58,102 nt of DNA from Candidatus Omnitrophota bacterium. GTDB taxonomy: Bacteria > Omnitrophota > Gorgyraeia > Zapsychrales > Zapsychraceae. The notes beneath the pieces are model-generated. The model worked only from the letters and a program-made list of their open reading frames with translations. It searched no databases and was not told where the DNA came from. Each line of letters opens with the position of its first letter. Positions within the stretch are counted from its first letter, which is position 1. Below, piece by piece: positions 1 through 12,000 of the stretch. Made by a program: the position numbers and the translations under genes. The DNA lies in assembly GCA_018812705.1 (NCBI GenBank), contig JAHJCZ010000184.1, forward strand, positions 1 to 58,102. Reading direction: 5' to 3'.

Positions 1-3000
1 AAACTATCTATTTCCTGCTGAAGCCTGTCGCTTAAGTCTCTTCCAACTAACATCCAAGCATGTCCCGCCTTAGCGATCTCTTCTAGCTTAACAGCATAAT
101 CATCGTCAAGCTCCACACCATAATCTTTAAGATCTTCCATATACTCTAAGAAGTACTTAAGCATGCTTAATCTTTCCCCAAAATATTCAAAAGACAACTT
201 TCTGGCTTCTTCTTCATCTAGCCCAAGAAGAATATGGCCTAGGATTTCATGCCTATCTATATCACTAACAAGATGTACTGCTTTCTTTTTGTTGACGACA
301 TTAAAATACCAAGTATGTATGAAGAGTATATTCTGAGTCCTGTTGTATGTCATGATATGCTTTTCAGTTGCTTTTACACTATCAGTAATAACGATACCAA
401 ATTGTGAAGGTAAGGAAGGAACTCCTCTTTCTTTCACATCATCTAAAACTGTATTAATTCTATGTTGCAAAGTGCTCTCTTGGCCTACAACAAAGCTGTC
501 TCCACTAACATATTGAATTCTATATTCTTGCCCCCGAAGACCATTAACCAAAACGGCTTTTGCCACTGTTCGCTGTCTGCCAGAACCAAGCACGACTTTC
601 ATCGGAACAGCTACTGGATATGCTTCTAAATCTGATCCAGGATCTTGCTTGTTGCCCTTGCCTGAATATTTTTTGCGCATTGTAAATGTTCTTTTAACTA
701 CTAGCAATGATCCTGCAAAAGCAAGCATAGCTAAAATAAATCCCACCCAATGATCAGCTGCTGACTTAACAGCACTTCTAATTGAGTGTTTGATCTCGAA
801 AACAACTATCTCTCGATCAATTGCATCAAGATGTACGTTCAATTCTCTAGCAATACTTTTATATGCTTGTGATATTTTATAAAATTCATCTGAATCTTGA
901 GATACGGTCAATACCTTTTCTTGTGCTACTGCATATTCAACAACCTTGTCTTCAATATATGGATTAACTGGATATCCTGTTGTTTTTAACACCTCCGTCA
1001 TTGGCTGATGCATATATCCCATTAATATGATTACACGCGTATTTGCATCCATAGCTAAATCCTCAATAACATCCTTTGCTAATTTTCTTCCACGAAGCTG
1101 ATTAATTGCCTTCCAGTCATAATCAACATGTCCATATATAACTCGATCTAACTCAGAAACCATATATTCTAAAGATGGCTTTTCTGATACAACATCAAAA
1201 CTATACCCTTCATTTTTCTTGCGAGCCAAGTAAGTCATCATTGCGCGGTAATAACCATTAAGCTCAAAGTCTAATCCATCAACATTTCCAGATACAAATG
1301 CCTGTAAAATCATGTCCATATTTTCCTGAGATTTACTATGCTGTGCTGTCAAAAATGGTTCAAAAGCAAATTGATATTCTTTACTGTCTACCAATTGTTT
1401 TGGGTTCATTCCTGGGAAATAAGCATTGAAACTTTCTACTGCATATCCTGGCATTAACAAATTGTTCTCAATATAAATTTTAAGTTTTTGACCGTTGTCT
1501 TTTGCCTCACCAAAAAGATTATCTAAGTGCTCGCTTACTAACTCAAAACACTCTTTTGAAATATGAATTGCATAAACTGGATGAATATCTATATTTTGAT
1601 TTTGTCTTTGTACTTCTGAAGCGTTTGTAGTTAGTGTATTAGTTGAACCTCCAGCAGACGACGGTGCAAATGCAATAACTGCCATGAAAAACAAGGCAAC
1701 AACAATTGTTGCCTTGAATAATTTATTTTTCAACAATCTTCGTATTAATAAAATACTCGTGATTACTGCTCCAACTCCTGCCAATACCGAAGCAACTACC
1801 CAGCCTGACATAACTACTGTTCCAGTTGCCCCTACAACAGCTAACACTTCAACAGCTGCGAACCCTGCATTATTACCTTTCGGCCCTAATGTCTTGCTTG
1901 GATCAGAAGACTCATTCTCACTGCGCTCTGAATCAGCCGCATCAATAGATTCTATTATCTTAAGGACTGCCTCACTGTACTTTCTGCTAATTTGCTTTGA
2001 TGACTCTTTCTGCCAATTAATACTTTTTCCTAAGTCAGCAGCTTCAGCTGCCTTTGTAAACCCTGTAAAATATTTCAACCATGCTACTTGTCTTGGATTT
2101 ACGCTTCCTGTAATGTCATACCCCTTCTTTCGCAGAGAAATACCTATAAGCGCGAACTCATCAAAGTTAGCAAGTTCTCCACACACACATACTGGAATAT
2201 TATAAATTTTTGCAATAGCACATGTTTGAGCTATCCAAACAATGACTTGTTTATTCAAAATATTACGCCCTACTTCAATTCCCATCTCCCTATCAGTATG
2301 AGTTATACAAGCTTCCGCATCATTACTTCCAAAATTAATAACTGCTAGCTTTCCAAAAACCTTTATCATCTCTGCTAGCTCATCTACAGCCTGAGGTGTC
2401 TCAACCATGATCCCCAAGTTTGCAAGGACCTCTTCCTTAAACTCAGCCCTAACTTCATCAACTATCTCTTTAATTCCTTTTGCTTCACTTTCAGTATTTA
2501 ACATTGGGAAAATAACCTGAACTTCGACCATGGGCTTTTCTGTTGTTTCCAAATACTGCTTCTCTGCTGAAGCTGTTGAACGAAGAGCAACTTTTAAACA
2601 CTCCCTGCCAATATCACTAAGCAAATACCATTGTGAACCTTCTAAAGTTGAAGTTGGGTCAACATTTGGCAGTTTAATATTTGCTTTATCTTTGTCTGGC
2701 ATTCTTATTGTCAGCTTTAACCTCTTACCATAAACTTCTGCGGTCTCCTGCAATTGCTTTATAATACCTAGGATCGATCCTGCAAAAAGATCTACTAATT
2801 TCCAGTCGCCATATCCTATTTTAAGAATTAAGAATTCAAATCTTAATAATCCAACTCCTTCAAGGTCTGCCTTTCCTATTAATTCTACGATTTTATTGCT
2901 ATCTGCAATATTATCCAGATTTACTGATATTGGTATTTTCGCGCCATCTTTTGTCTTACAAGTTGAAGTTACTTTTCTATGGGCTTTTTGCAGGAGTCCT

Positions 3001-6000
3001 TTTAGAATATTTTCAGAATCAGAATATTTAGCATACATTTCTTCATTAGGATTTATTATTAGCTCGCCGGCATGAGCATCAATAATCCCATATTCTCCTC
3101 CGAGTAAATTCTTGTAAGCAGAACCTTTTGCAATATTTCCATCTAAATACATTCCAGTAAGAGTTACCAGCCCTAAACTTCTTGCAAGAATTGAAGCATG
3201 TGCATTTTGTGTTCCAAGTTCAGAAACGATCGCTACTACATTATATTGATAAGCAATCTTTATAATTCTTAACGGCGTCATTTCATGCATAACTAGAATG
3301 ACATCTTTATTTTCAACACCGTTTTCTTGATTTAAATATTCTGAATTCTTAAGGCCTGAAAGTATTACCGGTAGATCTTTAGCAAATTCAACAATGGTCA
3401 TACCAATATTTGGGCTGGTCTTCATCATATCTTCACCCATTTTAAATATCTTGCTGATACCAATTTCTACAGCACCGATTGCACTTAAAATGCGGCCTTG
3501 TTCATCTTTTTCTCCAATTAATTCCTTAGATTTCTTTTCTAGTGAAGAATATAGCCCTTGTCCAATAGCAAAGCCTTGTGCTTCAGGGTTATCTTTTAAG
3601 CTTTCTTGAATTTTATCGAACAAAGCAACTTCTCGCCTATATACTAAAAGAAATTTGGCTTTTTCTTTTCTTATCAATCCTTCCAAATCATCAGTCTCTT
3701 CTAAATATCTATCTTGGTCACTTATAACAACATCCCCTTCTACAACGATCGTTCCTTTTGCAATTCTATGTTCATATGAAGCATTACCTCTATAAATAGC
3801 TTCCTTTCCGTCGCTTGAAATATCGTTAAGATCTGCTTTAAAAATGGCCTCTGTTCGTACTCCATATATCTCTGGATTATTAAGAACACTGATAGTCGCT
3901 TTTAATGTTTTAAGATTTTCGGATAAATACTCAATTGTCTTTAGGAGGGCTGTCGCTTCATCATTAATACCTTCTGCGTGGAATCTTTCATGTCCTTCAA
4001 AAACACCCTTAAGGAATTCTAGGTAAGTCTCTTTTTCTGTTGAACTTAATGCAGCGATTCTGTCTAATACAGACGTGTGGATAAATATCTTGTCTTCATC
4101 ATTATTGAATAGTACGATTTGTGCAGTTTCAAATGCAGTGATTGCACCCTTTGTGTTGCTAAGGTTATCTGTTACATACACAGGTGGAGCATTTGACAAG
4201 TATGTAACAGCTTCAAACAGATCTTTCAATGCCTGCAATTGTTGATCGTCTAAAATATTTTGGGCTGGATCAAGGTCAAATACATTACCAACTCTTAGAT
4301 CTATTGTTGTAGCACCATCTAAGACTTCTTCATTATCAGCATAGCTTATCGGTGTATACGGTGCGGCCATTGGCATATCGTATACTTGCGGTACCATATT
4401 CCAAGATCCGACATCATTTCCATTGCTATAAACACCTGAAGCTGCGATCTCAACAGTTTCAGTCTCATTGCTTGATCTCTCAACATCTGCAACAACAAAT
4501 GTTCCTGCAGCAGTTACATATTGACCATTGTCTGATGATACAGCATCAGCCTGTATTAATCTTTCTTTTTGATCTCTTGATTCCTTAGCACCATCAATGC
4601 ATTCTGTATTATCGGCTATTTTATTATTTAACCCAAACCCTGCTGTAATAATGAACTCAAATAATTCTATTGCTGCAAGGGCTAGAGAGAGAGCCTTTCT
4701 TCTTTTACTAGATGTAGTGCCCACATTCACAACCTTCACATCATTATTATTACGAGCCACTCCAGCCACGGAAAGAGTCGATAATTTTGAATGTGATGGT
4801 TGTGAATGCTTTGAACGGGCGAAATGTTTTCTTAATAGTGAAAACATTAATATTCCAGCTGCTGCAGCTGCGATAGTTGCAACAACCCAACCTAATCCGT
4901 TCATTGCTGAAATAACGACAATGCCAATACCTGCTATTGCTACAGGGACTTCGATCGCTGTAAATCCTTCCTGGCCTCTTTTTCTTGAAATTTGTTTGCT
5001 TTGTTTATTTACTGCGGCAGGAATAAGATTTTCATCGCCATTTGCTTCGCGTATCAATCTTGCAACCTTAGAATCAACTAAACTTAGAATATATTGTTTT
5101 GCTTCTCCTTCTCTTCTTGAATCAACTTCCTGAACATCGACCAATGAATGCTCATCAACAATTGTCAATCCTGGATTTTCAGCTTTAACAGCCTCAATTT
5201 CTTTTTCTGATAACCATCGTACAGGTCCATAATACTGCAATTGTTTTGATTTGAAGATGTCTATTCTGTCGCCTAAAGTCTCTTTACTCTGTTTGTAATT
5301 ATTTAGAAGAAGGACTTTCACAGCTGCGTCAAATCTTTGTCCAACCCATCTCGAGATCATTTGAGTCATTTGATGAATAGTCAGTCCAATATTTTCAGAT
5401 TCATAATTTGCGTTCAAGATCATTGTTGAATCTTTCAATACTGTTCCGATTCTCTTATCCATTAAAAGTGGTGCTGATGAAGTAACAAAACTTGAAATAC
5501 CTGTTAATTTAATCTGAGCTCCTTCGATAGCTTCCTGAACACCAGGAACATCTGCATCAACTCTTGCACCATAAAATTCAACATGAGTTATTGGTAATTG
5601 GCCGAAAGCAGGTGAATGAGAAATTTGATCCTGATCATATATTGTAACGCTGTACAATGAGTTCTCTTCTTGTCTAACTGTTTTAAGAGCCAAACCTTCA
5701 TAATGAGTAGGTGTTGGGCTGACATTGATTCCCATTGTTTCAAAATATTTTTTGTAAGCTGCGATAATTCCATAAGGATTGATCGTTTGATCTTCATAAC
5801 CTTTATATTGTAAGATCATGCCCTTCATCATAAGGTTCTTCATGCTTTGGCCGACTAGATCGATCTTTCCGTTTGTTACAAACTGAGCATCTATTACTGC
5901 AGCTGCTGCTAAGCGTGATCTTCTATATTCTTCGAATAAAGTCTTCTCACTTTCAAGGAATGTTACTCTTGCAAAAGCTTCTGTCAATACTGCTACCACA

Positions 6001-9000
6001 CTGTTGCCATAATATTCTGCAGTCGCTCTATCCTTGATACGCATGCTTTCAATTTTATCCATCCATCTTGGGATGATCCCTGAAACAGCTTTAGTTGGAT
6101 CTCCGTCTGCTGTAACCCTTAATCCCCACTCTTGTAAAAATCCACCTTTGATCAAGATAGTAGAGCCTCCAGCATCTTCCTGATTATGCAATGTCATTAC
6201 ACGCGGCATATCTCCAGATACTTTTCCAAGATCCTTTAGCTGTCTCCAAAGTTCTTGCAATACTGTCAATAATGCTTTACTGCTTCCACCACCGGCAAGA
6301 ATAACTGCCCAGTAAGGTTTTCCGTTAGAATAGATATCTTCTACCGTCCCTTTATTATTCTTAAGCGTCTCTAGGTTTGACAAGATTATCTTTAAATATG
6401 ATGTAAGATTTAAAACACCTTCAACATCATTAGCTTGTTTATAATAATCATTGAATGTTACAACTACATTATTCATTGAAGTGTAAGCAATTTTTGTTTC
6501 ATAAACAGCAGCTGCTATTCCTCTTACTGCAGCTATTATTGCTTTCTTAATATCTTCATTTGTTTCAGCAACAAGTAAATTCTCTAGTGCGTAAATAGCC
6601 TTAACTGCTGAATATCCAATTAAACCAAGTGTTTCTATTGCGATCATCTGCTGTCTTGCATCAGGCTTTGCAGCCATAATAATGATTGCATCTAGCGCTG
6701 CTTGTTTTCTTACCACGATGCTTGATTCATATGCTGCAACGATCTCCTGTGCATTTTCTGATACTTGAATCTGCTCCGCGAACACAACGCGATCTTGTTC
6801 ATAAACAACAGTTCCAATTGCCAAGCGTAGATTTGGAATTGGGTTTGCAGCTAATGCACCTGTCATAAGAATTGTATTTGCTGTTGCATCTGCTCTTTGA
6901 TCTTTTGCATCAAGCAGCTTTTCTAAGAAGAAAACAATTGTTGCTCTGAAAGCAGGATTCATTATTGGCATGATCCTGTCAGCTAGGACATATATTGCCT
7001 GCATGCGTACCCAGTAATAACCTGATACCTGTGTTTGATTATCAGCAATGATCTCTGTAAAGAATTCTGTAATACGGCGAAGCTGCAACACTGTGCTTCT
7101 GCGTGCAATGCGGCCTAAAGCTTCAACAATAAGGATCATTTTTTCTGTTTCAAGAATAACCTTTGGATGTGCAGCAACTATTCTTGCCTGAATTGCATCC
7201 ATTTCGCTAGCGATCTCTTCATTGTTTGCATCTTTTTCTAATTGTGCTCTTAACTCTTTATATCTAATATTGTCTTCTACATATTGTGTGTTGCTGCTGC
7301 TCGATACTCCTTCTCTGAACCATTTTATCAATGCTGCAATATCCTCTTTGCTATTTGCCTGAGCAATGTTTTCTTTAGAAGATCTGCGAAGAATGATATT
7401 TCTAATAACATTCTTATTTGTTGTACTTCTCCAAGCTTTAGTCTTATTGCTGTATATAGAAAGCTTTGTAATCGTGTCAATTGGGAATCCGCCTTTTAGA
7501 TCGTGCCATTCATTTTCATGACTATCAGACATAGGAGGTTGAGGAAGACGTCCTCTGACCTTTTGAACCAAATCATAATCTGCTTCAATAATAACTGGAA
7601 CGCTACCAGTAGCCTCTAAAGTGTGTGTATCCATAGCAAACTCTTTAGCAACAACAGGACTGAAGCTCCATGGAACATTATTTAATCCATCAGCCCATCC
7701 AAGCGCGATCTGCCCATTATCATCTCTATACAAATTCTTTCTTAATGACCAAAGCGTTACTCCTCTAAACATCTTTAACCCGCTAGTAGTCACAAGTTGT
7801 CTTGCTTTCTCTATATCTTTAAACTCACTAAGTAAACCGCGTGCATTGCGAACAATTGTTTGAATGTTTTCATCAGTAAATAATACCTGGCCTTTATTTG
7901 CTTTTGCAATTCTGATGATTTCTTGAATTGCAAAAGTCATTCCTTGCTCATTACCTGCGATCAATACAGGATGTAATTCAGATCTCATGTCTGCTGCAGT
8001 TTTATTTGCAACGATCAATGATCTGTTAAAACCTGCTTGCTGGTAACCTGGATAATCATTTCCATTTTCACCAACATTATCACCTGCATAAACCATATCT
8101 AAAGCAACTGGCTGCTCTTCTCTTACTACTGTTAACGCGTTTTGGTTATAATCATCAACTGAAATAAGCTTTCCGTATTTTGTAAAAACCTTCATGTCTG
8201 CTGCACCATTTCCAACAATGATCAAACCTTGTCTAACAAATGCATTGCGCTCGATCAAACGACCAACAAGCCTGCTCATATTGTTTCCACTGATAGCGGC
8301 ATAAACGCCACCCATATCGATCAATTCTTCTATTCCGTCTCTTGTAGGACTATTATGAATACCTTGAATACCTTTAACATCTGGACGTGGTGATGATAAT
8401 ACTGTTCCATCAACATCTGCGGCAAAAATAGTTCTTGTCTTTCTTACATCAATATACTCACCTGCACGATATCCCATAAGATCTAACAAATCACTTAAGC
8501 GTCTTTCTAAATAAGCGATCGCAAGAGATTTGTTAACACCTTTTCTATTAAACTCAAGCGTTGCTTTTCCAGCTTCTAAGACATCTACTGAATATCCAGC
8601 AAGTTGTGCCTCTAACCTCTCGCGAATAGTTCCACGGCTTAGGAAAAATCCTCTTACAGCTACTTGTGATGCTGATCCGTCTGCTTGAAGATTTCTTAAC
8701 TCGATGCGTATTTGTTCATTTTTTGTGCTTACATCATCAGAACCTTTTCTGATAAGTTCTCCGTCGCTAAGGATAGTTCTGTCATTTGCAAATGCCTCGG
8801 CTATTTCAACAAGGAAAGGATTCCTTCTGATCGCTTTAATGAATGCTTCATCACGAGCATCTTCTGAAGAAGCAACAGCATTGCTTATGTTTTTAAATAA
8901 TTCGCGAATTGCAGCTGCTGCTATTTTGACAATTTGATCAACTTGCTTTTTAGATAAGTATGTTGTTCCATTGTTTGCTGCAGGAGCAGCTTTAACTTCT

Positions 9001-12000
9001 CTTGATGCAGATGCTTCAGGAGCAGAGAACTCATCTCTCTGTCCGTGTAATGCTGGGTCATTTGCATATGTAACATTTTCCATTCCTTCTTGAGACATCT
9101 CTTCATCTAAGTACCATGCATTCTTTACATCCGTGAATGAGCTGTTTGACAATGCTGATCCTGTACTTAGAATGCCATTAATATCGCTATCTTTGTTCAA
9201 GTATTGTGTAATTGTTAAATCAATATAAACAGGGTCGTTGAAATCTTCAACAACTACAAATAAATGCGGGGTATATTTCTCAGCACCATCTTTTTTGATT
9301 TGTAATAAAACTCTTCTTACAGATACTTTATTATACCCAAGCGCTTCCAAAGCCTTGACCACAACTGCTGAAACAAAGTCACAATATCCGAATTTAGCTA
9401 CATCTAGTTTTTCTTTAATAACAATTCTATTAAACATCCAATTAACTGCTGCTTCGAAAGATGCTTCCTGTAAATATGCTTTACTAGAATTTACATCTTT
9501 CAAGATATTCTCTGCTGTTTCAACAACATTGATTTGCGCGGTATGAACTACTGCTGCTCTTTCCAATAATCTCTCTGCATCTTGTCTTTGAACACTGCTT
9601 GAAATCATAGAGCCCTCATTTCTGCGGAAAGAACCAACATATTGACCAGCAACATTATTGTTAGCCGCAAATAAAGCTTCTAGTTCTGACTTCTTCATCA
9701 TCATATATGGACGAACATTTGCATCAGTTTTGCTGTTTGCTAAAAATCCTTTTTCCCCATTGATCATTTGAATAATCATGACAATCGCAGCAATTGCTAC
9801 AGCAGCTGCGATACTGGTAACAACCCATCCTAATCCGCTCACGGCTGATATAATCACACTGCCAATGCCTGCAAGAGAAACTAAAACTTCTATGCTTGCA
9901 GATCCGCTGTTTGCATAATTGTTATTGCTTGCTCTATTATTGGTTGGCCTTGGATTTCCTTCGATCTTTCTTAGTGGTTTATAAACATCATATTCAATTT
10001 CAACATCGTCTTGAACTTCACCATTAGCATCAACTACTCTAACAACACCATTGATTATCACTGCATAATTACCATCTTCTAATCTTACCAATGCTCTTCC
10101 TTCATCATCTTCGTCATCCATTTCAACCAACTCATCATATTCAATGCTTACTGTATTTTCATTATTCAATGTATCAATAATTGTTGCATCAGTTAGAATA
10201 TCAATTTCTACCTTGCTTACTTGCTTTCCATTTAGAGAAAGCTCATTATCATCTTCCATAGTTGCTAATACTAAACGTGCTGCCAAAGGATTCTTGATCG
10301 ATCTAACAATTAATTTCTTTCCGGTCATTTTAGCTTTTTGTGCAAACCAATTGTTAACTGCCCTTGCAACTCCTCTTTCTCTGAAATATTTTTCGACTTC
10401 AATATCACTTAGTTCAACTGCATCATCAGTTTCTTTGAAATCTGTAAATCCTGCATATTGATTGCCAACATAAATATCAAAATATTCATTATCCCATTTC
10501 TGCTCTTTACTCTTGATCAACTTAACAGTAGCGCCATCTCTTGTTATTCCGACAACAATAACCGTGTTTGATTCGTTTTTCTCTGTTCTTCTTGGCTGTC
10601 TGTTTGATGTTTTAACTGCTGCACTTCCAGCTGCAACTGCATTTAATACTAGCGCTGGAACTAATTCTTCTTTTCTCATCATCATTACTGTTGTAGCTGC
10701 TGCTACTAACATAGCTGTGATCATCATCAATGTTTGAACTGAAACACCTGCAACGGCTACAGCTGTGATACCAGCTAATGTAAGAGGAACTTCAACAAGT
10801 GTGAAAGCTTCTCTTCTTCTGTCTGTTAATGGCCTTCTTGTTGTTTTTACTTCTTTGGAAGGATCGATGAATAATTTGTTTAATAGAACAACAATAATTG
10901 TTGCAAGAATTGCTGCGATAATGAATGGCGTTACCGTAGCTGGGGTGCTGATCTTAACACCTGTGTTGATCACAGTTGTTGCTTTTGGAATGATGTTGAT
11001 CAATGTGACTGGTGATTCTGCTCTTGCTTCATCATAAATACCTTTCACTACAAATCTTCCTCTTGCCCCGGCATCAACTAACATTGCATCTTCATAACCT
11101 TGTGCGCTTAAGAACTTAGCCATATCACTTAAAGGATTTCCGTATTGTCCGACAAATACATCATCTGTGAAGATCAATGACCATGTACCGTTTGAATGCT
11201 TTGCTAATACTGATTTTGTTCCAGCTCTTGAAGATGTAAGCACGTGTCTGCCATATGTTCCGTTCTCTAATACTATTGGTCCTGCCTGGAATGCGCTGTC
11301 AACTTTACCAGTTTCTGTTGCTCTCTTAATTTCATATCCTTGTGCCTTTGAAGCGCTCATGATCTGTGGATTACTTCCTTTATATTGAACGAATAATGCG
11401 CCAGCTGATCCGTTCGCTTTTTGCTTTCCTTGTGTCTCGCCATCTGCATTGTAAGCCTTAACTTCATTCCCGTTGATAACAGCTAAAGCTGCTGGTGTTT
11501 TATTACCATTCTTCTTAAAGAAGTAATTAGCATTAATAGCTGCAATTGAATCTGGTCTTACCACTGTATCTAATACCATGTCGTATTTTGCTGTATCGAA
11601 ATTAAGAACATGTACTAATTCACCATGTAACATTTTGTATCTTGCGAATGTCATGTTTTCGCCAACTTCTACTGATTCATATTGATTGTAAGCTTGACGT
11701 GCTGCTGTTTGAGCGTTGCCAAAGAATGCGGAAGGAGTAACTTTCTTGCTGCTGAAATCAAATCCTGCAAAAGCCAAAGCGCTAAAGATAACTACTGCTG
11801 TAATAATACCAGTTACTCTCTTAGCTTTTGAACTAACAACAACCTTTACATTGCTCTTTGCTAATATTGTTTTTCTTAATGATATCGCGATAAGAATTGC
11901 TGCCGCGCTAAGGCCTATAACAATTACAGTAAATACTGATAATTCTGAGAAGGTAATAGCTGCTAGTGTGATGCCTGCAACTGCAAGAGGTGCCTCGATT

